Part shown: positions 9,664 through 18,597 of the stretch, one piece after another
Layout: each line of letters opens with the position of its first letter
Position numbering within the stretch: the stretch's first letter is position 1
Assembly (NCBI GenBank): GCA_938084645.1
Contig: CALKEP010000009.1
Coordinates: 29,457 to 93,456 of the forward strand
Direction of reading: 5' to 3'
DNA: 64,000 bases
Source of the DNA: an uncultured Phycisphaerales bacterium
GTDB lineage: Bacteria > Planctomycetota > Phycisphaerae > Phycisphaerales > SM1A02
The notes under the pieces: model-generated
What the model was told of the DNA's origin: nothing
Databases searched by the model: none
What the model saw: the letters and a program-made list of their open reading frames with translations, nothing else
Translations under genes and position numbers: made by a program

Positions 9664-10585
9664 TCGTCGATTCGCCGGTGGCGTCCGCGACGCCGGAGGG
9701 CGTCGTGATCGGCGGGTCGGTCGGCGTGGCGCGTCCGCTCGCGACCGGAATGCCCAGCGTGGTCGCCACGTCGCGTTCGACGATGGCTCGCAACTGGCTC
9801 CGCGGGATGCCCGGCAGCTGCGTGCCCTGGCTGAAGGCGTTGATCGAGTAGATCGTCTCGATCGCCTTGGCGGGCGTCTCGGTCGGCCAGCCGCTGGCGA
9901 AGAGGAGCTTGTCGACGATGTCCATGCTGTTCGCGCCGAGCAGGGCCTGGAACAACTGCCAGGGGCGATGCACGAGGCCCGCGGTGTCCGCGAAGATCCG
10001 GGCGTGCTTCTGCAGGAGGACGAGGGTCTCCTCCACCCACGGTGCGCCGATGCCGCTCAGGACCACGGAGAGCCCCGGCAGACTGCGGGCGACCTCGTCC
10101 CAGGCGAGGGGACGATCGAACTCGAGGACCGCACCGGGGCCGACGGGCCCGGGCCGGGACACGAAGACCGGGAGCCCGAGCGACTCGCATCGCTCCCACA
10201 GTCGCATGGCACTGGAGTGCGTGGGATGGAAGCCTTGATCCGAGGGGCAGACGGTGATTCCGACGAAGCCCATCTCGACGGCACGATCGACTTCGCCGAA
10301 GACATCGTTCGCGAGGGGGTCGATGCCGGCGACGCCCATCAGGAGTCCCTGGCTCTTGGAGGCCACTTCCGCGACCCATTCGTTGGGGACGCAGGCATCC
10401 TGCCGATCGGCCCGATAGGCGAACACCAGCGCGCCGTCGACGCAGTCGAGGCTGTCCTGAAGCTGCTCCGGCTCGGCTGATTCCTTGATCCAGCGATCGG
10501 CCCGGGCGCGGCGAAGGATCTCCGAGGTCTCTCGACCCAGTCGATCCACCGAAGGCCAGATCCGAGTCTGTGCGTCAATCACCAT
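9656..10585 (-). CDS. Amidohydrolase_2-family protein with degenerate metal ligands
   Basis: TIM-barrel pattern VIDAQTRIW...NEWVAE...GVAGIDP...QGFHPTHS...GLPVFV...IFADTAGL...KLLFASGWP. Confidence 0.8.
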   Translation of the reverse strand: MVIDAQTRIWPSVDRLGRETSEILRRARADRWIKESAEPEQLQDSLDCVDGALVFAYRADRQDACVPNEWVAEVASKSQGLLMGVAGIDPLANDVFGEVDRAVEMGFVGITVCPSDQGFHPTHSSAMRLWERCESLGLPVFVSRPGPVGPGAVLEFDRPLAWDEVARSLPGLSVVLSGIGAPWVEETLVLLQKHARIFADTAGLVHRPWQLFQALLGANSMDIVDKLLFASGWPTETPAKAIETIYSINAFSQGTQLPGIPRSQLRAIVERDVATTLGIPVASGRATPTDPPITTPSGVADATGESTSD

Positions 10586-10774
10586 GGTGCGATGCTTTCC
10601 AATCTCCGGGAAGCTCCGGCGCACGTGTGCCGGACCGGCCCGAACGATCCCCATTCTACTCGACCGCCGGTCCCCAGATCGAATCCGGAATGGGGTTCGG
10701 CCGAATATCGGCCCACCAAACCCCGCTCACGACCCTTGCATCGGTGATATCGGCCGGATGCCTATACTCGCGAC

Positions 10775-11569
10775 ATGAATCAGCGGCCCGACATCGACGC
10801 CCGTCCGACCGAGCCGGGCACCATCGCCTGGAACGAGGCGGAGCTGGCTCAGGATCCGCACCGGTCGAGCGAGAAGGCGGGCAAGGTTCGATCGATGTTC
10901 GCCTCGATCTCCGGCTCCTACGACCTCAACAACCGGCTGCACTCGTTCGGCCTCGACCAGCGATGGCGGGCCCGGACCGTCGCGCTCGCGGATGTTCGGC
11001 CCGGCGACTCGGTGCTGGACGTCGCCTGCGGCACCGGGGACCTGACCGAGGCGTTCGCCCGCACCGAAGCGGGCGAGGTGATCGGGGGGGACTTCACGCC
11101 GGAGATGCTCGACCAGGCCCGGCGGAAGGCCGATCGCATCGATCCCGAGCGGCGTCCTCGGTACGTGCATGCGGATGCGATGCGGCTCGACTACGAGGAT
11201 GCGCGGTTCGACGTGGTCACGATCGCCTTCGGAATCCGGAACGTCACCGATCCCGCGGTCGCGATCCGTGAGTTCGCGCGGGTGCTGCGCCCCGGCGGAC
11301 GGTTGGTGATCCTCGAGTTCGCGGAACCGCGGAATCCGCTGGTGCGATGGGGGAACCGGATCTACACGAATCGAATCATGCCGCTCACGGCCTCCATGGT
11401 CGCACGCGACGGTTCGGGCGCGTATCGATACCTGCCGCGATCGATCGAGACCTTCCACTCGCCCGCCGACCTCGCAGGGATGATGCGATCGGCCGGGCTC
11501 GAGGTGGTCCGCCAGGTGCCGCTGACCTTCGGGGTCTGCGTGGCGTCCCTCGCCGTCCGGGAATCGTGA
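10775..11569 (+). CDS. ubiE: Ubiquinone/menaquinone biosynthesis C-methyltransferase (UbiE/MenG)
   Basis: MFASISGSYDLNNRLHSFGLDQRWR, VLDVACGTGD, IAFGIRNV, RVLRPGGRLVILEF, AYRYLPRSI. Confidence 0.92.
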   Translation: MNQRPDIDARPTEPGTIAWNEAELAQDPHRSSEKAGKVRSMFASISGSYDLNNRLHSFGLDQRWRARTVALADVRPGDSVLDVACGTGDLTEAFARTEAGEVIGGDFTPEMLDQARRKADRIDPERRPRYVHADAMRLDYEDARFDVVTIAFGIRNVTDPAVAIREFARVLRPGGRLVILEFAEPRNPLVRWGNRIYTNRIMPLTASMVARDGSGAYRYLPRSIETFHSPADLAGMMRSAGLEVVRQVPLTFGVCVASLAVRES

Positions 11570-11769
11570 TCGATCGGGCGTCCGACGGCGTTCGGTTCCG
11601 GTTCTGACGGCGACTTCCCGGGGGAATCGGCCCCACCTGCGTCGCACTTTGAAACGATCGGCGTCGTCGCTCCTTCTACAGGTGCCCCCCTTCGATGGAG
11701 GATTCCATCGTTCGCGATCAGGCGTCCGGCCGGAGGATCCGACCTTCAGCGCATTTGTGGAGTGACGAC

Positions 11770-12489
11770 ATGACCAACGACAGGGAAGTCGACCGTCTGC
11801 TCGAACTCGCCCTCCGTGGCGACCGGGCCAGCCTGCGTGTTTTTCTCGATGAAGCGATCGACCGCTCGGCCGATCATCCCCGACACGTGCTCTCCGACGT
11901 GATATCTCCGGCGCTCGGCGCTCTCGAGACCGTTTCGAGAGAGGATCGTGCGACCGCCGCGGCGATCGCGATCATGCTGGGATCGATGCGGCTGGCGACG
12001 GCGCGGGTGATCGAACGACTTGCGGGCTGGGCGCCATCGCTCGGAGAGGACGGTCGCCGGATCGTCATCTTCAGCGGCGCCGGCGGATTCGAGATGTTGC
12101 AGGCCGAGATCATGGCCGCGGAACTCGAATGCGATGGTCACGAGGTCCGGTTCGGCGGGGGTGGTGTTCCGTCCGATGAGATCCTGGCTTCGGTCGGCGC
12201 GTGGTCGCCGGACGTCCTGCTGCTGTTCGCGTCGTGCCCGACCGACGTCCCGGGAATCCGGGAGTTGATCGACACCATCCGGACGGTCGACGCGTGTCCG
12301 GAGCTGCAGATCGCCGTGGGCGGGGGTGTGTTCGCCCGGGCTCCCGGGCTGGCCGAGGAGATCGGCGCGGATCTCTGGGCGAGCGAAGACCCGGATCTCC
12401 GGGCGGCGATCCTCGATGATCCCGCTCGACGGGCGATTCCCGAGCAACGCACCGTCGGACGCGGAAAACGAACCTCCCGAGCCGCCTGA
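11770..12489 (+). CDS. Cobalamin (B12)-binding-domain-like protein
   Basis: Four-helix cap followed by a Rossmann domain: GHEVRFGGGGVPSDEI, PDVLLLF, QIAVGGGVF, AEEIGADLWA; start uncertain (11695 or 11770). Confidence 0.75.
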   Translation: MTNDREVDRLLELALRGDRASLRVFLDEAIDRSADHPRHVLSDVISPALGALETVSREDRATAAAIAIMLGSMRLATARVIERLAGWAPSLGEDGRRIVIFSGAGGFEMLQAEIMAAELECDGHEVRFGGGGVPSDEILASVGAWSPDVLLLFASCPTDVPGIRELIDTIRTVDACPELQIAVGGGVFARAPGLAEEIGADLWASEDPDLRAAILDDPARRAIPEQRTVGRGKRTSRAA

Positions 12490-12624
12490 ACCACTCGATT
12501 CATCCACCCGCCGAGCCTCCGAACCCGACCGAGCGTCCGTCTCCAAGGGTCCCGGGGGCTCGTCGTTGGATCGATCCAGCCCGCTTTCCGGGGATTCGGG
12601 GCCTGGAGCCGATAGACTGTGGTG

Positions 12625-13272
12625 ATGGAACGAGCCCACGAACTCGAGCTCATCCAACGGGCGAAGCGGGGTGACGCCGCGGCGCTCGGTGCCCTGATCG
12701 ACGGGCATCGGGACTCGCTGCACCATTTCCTGCTTCGGTTGACCCGCCGGGAGGATGTCGCGGAGGACATCGGGCAGGAGGCCTTCGTGCGGGTGCTTCG
12801 GAACCTCGATCGCTTCGATGAGCGATTCCGGTTCAGCACCTGGATCTTCACCATCGCCCGCCGTCTCTGGATCAACCACATCCAGAAGTTCCGTCCCATC
12901 CCCGACAGCGACGCGGTCGGATCGCGACCCGGTCAGGATGATGGGCCGGAGGTGGTCGCGGAGACGAAGGAACACAAGGCTCGGATCGCCGATGCCGTGG
13001 CGGTGGGGCTCGCGGCCCTCAATCCGCGGCAGCGCGAGATCGTCGAACTCTTCCATGGTCGCGAACTCTCGATTCAGGAGATCGCATTCCGGCTCGAGCT
13101 TCCGGTGGGGACGATCAAGAGCCATCTCTTCCGGGCCCGTCGTCGGATGAGTGCCGCGGTGCTCGAGGACGGTCGTTTCGATCCGGCGGGTTCGGATGAC
13201 GAGCGGTCCGATGAAGGGCATCCGGTTCCCGAGGTGGCCCTCGATCGAGTGGAAGCCGGAGGGAGGCCATGA
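12625..13272 (+). CDS. ECF (sigma-70 group 4) RNA polymerase sigma factor
   Basis: Region 2 AEDIGQEAFVRV...FSTWIFTIARR; region 4 LSIQEIAFRLELPVGTIKSHLFRARR. Confidence 0.92.
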   Translation: MERAHELELIQRAKRGDAAALGALIDGHRDSLHHFLLRLTRREDVAEDIGQEAFVRVLRNLDRFDERFRFSTWIFTIARRLWINHIQKFRPIPDSDAVGSRPGQDDGPEVVAETKEHKARIADAVAVGLAALNPRQREIVELFHGRELSIQEIAFRLELPVGTIKSHLFRARRRMSAAVLEDGRFDPAGSDDERSDEGHPVPEVALDRVEAGGRP

Positions 13273-13631
13273 GCGACCGAAGACTGGACCCGGAAGCCTT
13301 CCGGGAGGCGGTGCTCTCCAGGCTCGACGGCGTCGAGCCGGCGACGGCCGTGCCCGGGCTCGATCGCGATGCTCGACGAACCATCTGGGCGGTGTCCTGC
13401 GTGGTGGTGCTCGTGGGCGTCGCCGCCCTGCTGAGTCGGTGGTCCGAGGGCCCGGCGTCCGACGACGCACCGGCGACCGCGGCGGCTTCGATCGAAGGCG
13501 CCTTCCAGCGGCTCTCCGTCGAGCCGGTCGGTGAGGGCGCTTCGGATGGGAATCACGGCGAATCGGCAACCGAGGCCCCGGACGGGCGGTACCAAGAGGT
13601 GGTCGCCGTCGCACCGGGACGGTCGACCTGA
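13269..13631 (+). CDS. Small single-TM protein, candidate anti-sigma factor
   Basis: ATGA overlap with the sigma-factor stop; one TM helix (IWAVSCVVVLVGVAALL). Confidence 0.5.
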   Translation: MSDRRLDPEAFREAVLSRLDGVEPATAVPGLDRDARRTIWAVSCVVVLVGVAALLSRWSEGPASDDAPATAAASIEGAFQRLSVEPVGEGASDGNHGESATEAPDGRYQEVVAVAPGRST

Positions 13632-13694
13632 ACTTGTCGTTCCGGGGCCGTTCATCGAATCCCGCCGCCAATCCACAGGTCACCCTTTCCGATC

Positions 13695-15332
13695 ATGAGC
13701 GTCCGTCTCGTCAATCCCATCCAGTTCACCCGGATTCCGGCTGATTGCTCGGGGATCCGCTCGGTGATGCTCGCGGCGATGCTGTTGCTCGCGGCAGCGG
13801 CTTCGAAGGCCGAAGGTGGGTTCCCCGAGGACATCGCCATCGCGCCGGACGAGTCGCGGGTGGTCATTCGCATGGGGGCCGCGAGCGAGGATGACGTCCG
13901 TTGGAGGGACGTGGTCGTCGAGATGCTGGGCATGAGCGTCGCGAACGCCGAGCAGGGCTGGTCCCGCGCGTCCGGGCTCGTCGACCGCATGGGGATCGCA
14001 TTCGCGGAACGAATTCACGCCGTCGATGCGACCGGCTCGCAGTGGATCCACGCCGCCCGCTGGTCGGATGCCGCGAAACTCCAGTCGAGTCTTCGCCGGG
14101 CCGAGGCGCGGCCACTGGGTTTCGGTCGATTCCGATTCGTGGCGCCGCGGATCGATCTGGCGATCGCCGGCGACTGGGTGTTGCTCGCGCCGACCGGTTC
14201 GCCCTGGCTCGACGGCGCCGCGGAACGGGCCGGCATCGCCGCCGGCGAGTTCTCGAACGCTCCGGCCGTGATCGACGTCCGACTTCGACACGACGCGCCC
14301 ACCGGCGGAACGACCCGGCTCGAACTGACGCCGCTCGGGCCGACGCAGGCGTCGATCGAGATCGACGGGCGGTACGACGCGAGTCCGCTGCCGGCCCGAA
14401 CGCCGGGGCGGGTCGATGCGCGACTGATCCCCTCGTTGCGCGGTCGCGTCGCGGTGGCGATGCTCGAGTCCGGTGTCGGGGTGCTTGATCCGACCTTGAT
14501 CCGACTCGCGGCGCAGATGCCCGAGTTGATGCCGCCTCCGGAGGTGCGTCGTTCGCTGGCGACCCGTCGACTGGTGGTGCTCGACGGCGAGACCGTCCGG
14601 ATTCCCGGGATCGGCCTGGTCGAGGTGCCGGCGATGTGCATCGCGATCCCGTGTCGCGCGGAAACCTCCCCTCGGATCCGGGAACCGAAGTTCGATGCGA
14701 TGATCCATGGGTGGATGGTCGACTCCGGGCGGGCGCTCGCCACCCGGTCCGCGAGCGGGGAGAACTCCGATCGAGTCGAGCAGGTCGGTCCGGTTCCGGT
14801 CCGGATCGCGCGGGACGAGATCCGGCACCTCGATCTCGGCGACGGCTTCGCCGCATCGTTCGATCGTCACCCGGCCTCCATCGCGACGAGCCTGAACTGG
14901 GTGATTCGTCGGGTCGGTCCCGGTGAGGCCGGCGACGCGCCCCATCCCGACACCTGGCTGGTGGTCGGGAGCTCGCCCGGCATCGTTCGAAGGGTGGGGC
15001 GGGCCATCGAGGATGTGAACGTTGAAACACCCGGCGACGAACCGCCCACGTGCAGCCAGGGCGTCGCGAGTCCGGCGCGGTTGGGCCTGCAGGTGGCGGA
15101 TCTCGCCGGTCTTCGCGCCGAGTCGTCCGATTCGAACGCGCCGGCGGATTCGGCCGTCCTCGCAAGGCTTGCCGCGATCCTCACGCGATTCGAGCACGTC
15201 GAGTGGTCGACGTCGGTCCAGTCCGACGAGGCGGTTCGCGGAATCCTGCGGGTCACCCTGACCCCCGACGCCTCCGAGCGACCGATGCGCGACGCGCCGG
15301 CCGCGGGATCGGGTGGGCGACGAGACCCGTGA
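13695..15332 (+). CDS. Hypothetical exported protein
   Basis: Long ORF with signal-like MLAAMLLLAAAASKA; GTGA overlap with tilS. Confidence 0.6.
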   Translation: MSVRLVNPIQFTRIPADCSGIRSVMLAAMLLLAAAASKAEGGFPEDIAIAPDESRVVIRMGAASEDDVRWRDVVVEMLGMSVANAEQGWSRASGLVDRMGIAFAERIHAVDATGSQWIHAARWSDAAKLQSSLRRAEARPLGFGRFRFVAPRIDLAIAGDWVLLAPTGSPWLDGAAERAGIAAGEFSNAPAVIDVRLRHDAPTGGTTRLELTPLGPTQASIEIDGRYDASPLPARTPGRVDARLIPSLRGRVAVAMLESGVGVLDPTLIRLAAQMPELMPPPEVRRSLATRRLVVLDGETVRIPGIGLVEVPAMCIAIPCRAETSPRIREPKFDAMIHGWMVDSGRALATRSASGENSDRVEQVGPVPVRIARDEIRHLDLGDGFAASFDRHPASIATSLNWVIRRVGPGEAGDAPHPDTWLVVGSSPGIVRRVGRAIEDVNVETPGDEPPTCSQGVASPARLGLQVADLAGLRAESSDSNAPADSAVLARLAAILTRFEHVEWSTSVQSDEAVRGILRVTLTPDASERPMRDAPAAGSGGRRDP

Positions 15333-16405
15333 GCAAGGGGCTTCATTCCAAGGTCGATCCCCCGGGCGCGGCTGGTGCCGGTTCACGAATCGATCGAGAC
15401 CACGTCGAGCTCGCCGCCTCGCGATCCCCCCTGGCCGATCTCGTCGAACGCCGTCTGGAAGCCTGCGGCATCCGAGACGACCGACCGGTGCTCGTCGCGG
15501 TGAGCGGCGGCATCGATTCGACGGCGTTGCTGGCGATCGCCGCGGCCCTCGCCCGGCGACGACGTCCCAGACGCATGCGGCCTTTCGTGGGACACGTCGA
15601 CCACGCGCTCCGGTCGGATTCCGCCGCGGATGCGGAGGCGGTCGGGACGCTTGCGAATGCCCTCGACGTTCCATTCAGGTCGACCAGACTCGTCTGGCCG
15701 GAACCGGGCTCGGGAGGCGTGTCGTCCGCCGCCGCCCGCGATGCGCGATGGGAAGCCCTGTGCCGGCTTGCGGTCGATGTGGGAGCGGAGTCGATTCTCG
15801 CGGGGCATCACGCCGACGACCAGGCGGAGACCGTGCTTCTCCGGCTCGCTCGAGGTACGGGGCTCGACGGGCTTTCGGGGATTCCCGAGCAACGTTCCCT
15901 GGGCGCGGGATGTCGCGTGGTTCGCCCGCTGCTCGCGGCCCGGCGCGACGCGATCGTCGCGCTGGTGGAGGCGACGGGCCTGCCGGTCCGGCACGATCCG
16001 ACCAATGACCGGCGAGATCGCGCCCGGGAGATGATCCGGCACGACGTGCTTCCCCGGCTGGAGTCGATTCATCCCGGGGCCGCCGGTCGGATCGCCGCCG
16101 TCGCGACCGAGGTCCGGGACATGGCGTCCATCCCGCCGCTCGGGGCGCCGCCGTGGCGACGGGACATCTTCCCCGACCTCGATCCGGGCCGGATCGGCAC
16201 GCTGGTTCGCGACGCCGCGATCGAACTCCAACCCGTTGCGGCATCGACGCCTCGCTCGGTGTGGGACGACGTCGTTCGCATGCTGCTCGACGGCGATCCG
16301 GCGCCGCGGCGGATTCGCATCGCCGCCGGCTTCGATCTCGTATCGGCTCGGGGCATGGTGGCCTTCGAGCGTCACGACGGAGCCCCGGACGCCGCGGTCG
16401 AGTAG
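15329..16405 (+). CDS. tilS: tRNA(Ile)-lysidine synthetase
   Basis: PP-loop VAVSGGIDSTAL, HVDHALR, GHHADDQAETVLLRLARGTG, RPLL, DPTN. Confidence 0.93.
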   Translation: MSKGLHSKVDPPGAAGAGSRIDRDHVELAASRSPLADLVERRLEACGIRDDRPVLVAVSGGIDSTALLAIAAALARRRRPRRMRPFVGHVDHALRSDSAADAEAVGTLANALDVPFRSTRLVWPEPGSGGVSSAAARDARWEALCRLAVDVGAESILAGHHADDQAETVLLRLARGTGLDGLSGIPEQRSLGAGCRVVRPLLAARRDAIVALVEATGLPVRHDPTNDRRDRAREMIRHDVLPRLESIHPGAAGRIAAVATEVRDMASIPPLGAPPWRRDIFPDLDPGRIGTLVRDAAIELQPVAASTPRSVWDDVVRMLLDGDPAPRRIRIAAGFDLVSARGMVAFERHDGAPDAAVE

Positions 16406-16464
16406 ATTCCGATTCCTGCAGCCGATTCCACGTTCCTCGAAACGTCGTCCCTGGAGACCGACCA

Positions 16465-16884
16465 ATGAGTTCCGATGCATCCGACCCCCGACCGGCCACC
16501 GTGCTTTCGGTCGGTCATTGCACGCCCGACGCCTGGATGCTCCGGACCGCCGTCCAGCGAGTGCTCCCGGATGCCGACGTCCATCCCGTGAACGACGAAG
16601 ACGAACTTCGCGAACGAATCGAGGGCTCGACGGGGCCGATGGTCCTGCTGGTCAATCGCCTGCTCGACGGCCGGTTTCCGTACGGTGACGGCATCGAACT
16701 GATCGAGGCGCACGCCGGCCGGCCGGTCGCGGCGCTCCTCATCTCGAATCTCGATGAATCGCAGGCCGCCGCGGAATCCGCGGGTGCGGTGATCGGCTTT
16801 GGAAAGACCGCCTTGAACGACGCGGATACCGCGGCGAAGCTTCGAGATGCGGTCGAGTTCGCGACGGCTCGACGATCAGGGTGA
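16465..16884 (+). CDS. Single-domain receiver (response regulator)-like protein, atypical
   Basis: CheY-like pattern VLSVGHC...VLLVNRLLDG...DGIELI...LLISN...GAVIGFGK. Confidence 0.6.
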   Translation: MSSDASDPRPATVLSVGHCTPDAWMLRTAVQRVLPDADVHPVNDEDELRERIEGSTGPMVLLVNRLLDGRFPYGDGIELIEAHAGRPVAALLISNLDESQAAAESAGAVIGFGKTALNDADTAAKLRDAVEFATARRSG

Positions 16885-17877
16885 CGATGCGGCGTTCCGG
16901 GCGTTCGCTTCCTCGAGTTCGCGGGCGAACTGGAGGTCGGCGGCTTCGACCATGTCGTCGACGCATCGCTGGAAGTCGTCGACGGAGACGCATGCCACCT
17001 TGCCGTCGACCAGCCCGACGAGCACCGGCGACTCCGCGAGCCAGACCGGGCCTTCGGGAAGCTTGAGGCGGACGCAGCCGTCACAGTAGACGTCTTCAGG
17101 AAGATCCGACTCGACCAGTTCGACGCCCTCCGCGGGAGGTACTTCGACCGCGATCACGCGGGCGGAGAGGCTCTTGCCGAAGTATCCGTCGAAGAGATCG
17201 TGACACGCGCCGCAGTTGGGGCGGTAGAGGGCGACGAGCGTCGGCTGGTCCTGGCTGAGTCCACGGAGCTGCGGAAGGTGTTCGAGCACGCCGGTCTCTT
17301 CGAGCGGAAGTCCCTTCCAGTCCTCCCACATGCCCGCGGTGAGATCGTGGACGATGAAGCGGCCGTCCTCGCCGCGGCTCCGGGTGATCGATTCGGGGGT
17401 GATTCCCACCTGCACGTTGCCCGCGATCGCCGCCCCCGCCACCAGCGCCAGCACGACGCCCACGCCCGCCATCATGGGATGACGGAGTCGTTCCGGATCC
17501 GGTTTCGCACGGAGGAGGACGACGCCGGCGACGAGGCCCACCACGATCTGGATCGCGGGCCTCACGAGGCTCGATGCCGTGGCGTCGAGGGCGAACTCCG
17601 CCGATGCGTCGGCGATTCCGGAGAACACGATGAAGCCGGCGACCACGATGGCGGGTCCTCGGCCTCGCCGGCCGAGGGCGAGCAGCATGCCCGCGAGCGC
17701 CGCGGCGGTGCCGATGGTGAATCGGGCGACGATTTCCGCGCCTTCCGCCGGCACGTCGTCGGCCTTGGCGCCGAGTCCGATCAGCCACACCGGCATCGCG
17801 GCCTCGCCGAGGATGGCGATGCAGAAGGCGGCGGCGATGAGGAAGATGGCGAGGGCGATTCGGGCGGTGTTGGACAT
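16876..17877 (-). CDS. Membrane protein with C-terminal thioredoxin-like CxxC domain
   Basis: About 5 TM helices, then LYRPNCGACHDLF...CDGC..LKLPEGPVWLAESPVLV; paralogous to the two upstream genes. Confidence 0.7.
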   Translation of the reverse strand: MSNTARIALAIFLIAAAFCIAILGEAAMPVWLIGLGAKADDVPAEGAEIVARFTIGTAAALAGMLLALGRRGRGPAIVVAGFIVFSGIADASAEFALDATASSLVRPAIQIVVGLVAGVVLLRAKPDPERLRHPMMAGVGVVLALVAGAAIAGNVQVGITPESITRSRGEDGRFIVHDLTAGMWEDWKGLPLEETGVLEHLPQLRGLSQDQPTLVALYRPNCGACHDLFDGYFGKSLSARVIAVEVPPAEGVELVESDLPEDVYCDGCVRLKLPEGPVWLAESPVLVGLVDGKVACVSVDDFQRCVDDMVEAADLQFARELEEANARNAASSP

Positions 17878-17897
17878 GGGGCGACTCGGTGTGGTGG

Positions 17898-18485
17898 TCA
17901 GTCGGCGTTGGAGGCGAGGCAGGCTTCGACGGCGGCGACGTCGTCGGGATCGTTCGCGAAACCCGTGACCACGCCGTCCCGGACCGCGAAGAGCGCGGGG
18001 GTCTGGATCACGTAGTCGGGACCGACGGGAAGGGCTCGCTTCTCGACGATGGTGGAGGGGAAGGGCATCGCGTTCGCCGGATCGGTGTCGGGCACCTGGA
18101 CCGCGACCGTCGGAGCCGGGACCGACGTGGTGAACCACTGTTCGAGCATGTGATGGCAATGCTCGCAGTCGGTTCGGTAGAACATGACGAAGCCGCGCCC
18201 CGTCTCGAGGGCCTCGGGGATGGGGCGGTTGATGAGCCTGGCCAGCGCCTGGCTCGACAACGGCTGGCCCACCCAGGCGTCGAAGTCAGTGAAGTAGAAC
18301 GGCTCGACCTCGGTGGGCATCGCGCCCCACGGATCGGTGTCCGCGACGGGCGTCGAGCCGCCGGTGGTCGGCGTCGACGGCGGGTCCGACGCGGGTTCGC
18401 AGCCGAGCGTGAACGTGAAGAAGACCGCCGCGAGCAGCGGGAGGACTCGGATCGAAGTGGCGTTCGCGGTGATCGTGGTGAACAT
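17898..18485 (-). CDS. Lipoprotein with thioredoxin-like CxxC domain
   Basis: TLGC lipobox; FYRTDCEHCHHML; LPVGPDYVIQTPALF (cis-Pro motif). Confidence 0.7.
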   Translation of the reverse strand: MFTTITANATSIRVLPLLAAVFFTFTLGCEPASDPPSTPTTGGSTPVADTDPWGAMPTEVEPFYFTDFDAWVGQPLSSQALARLINRPIPEALETGRGFVMFYRTDCEHCHHMLEQWFTTSVPAPTVAVQVPDTDPANAMPFPSTIVEKRALPVGPDYVIQTPALFAVRDGVVTGFANDPDDVAAVEACLASNAD

Positions 18486-18597
18486 GGATGGCTCCGTCGG
18501 CACGTGGAATCGAACTGGATCAGCAAGGCATCGGACCGTTGAGGACGTTTCGGACAGCCTTCCCGGCGGTTTCACGGGGCGTCCGTCGAATCCCGCT

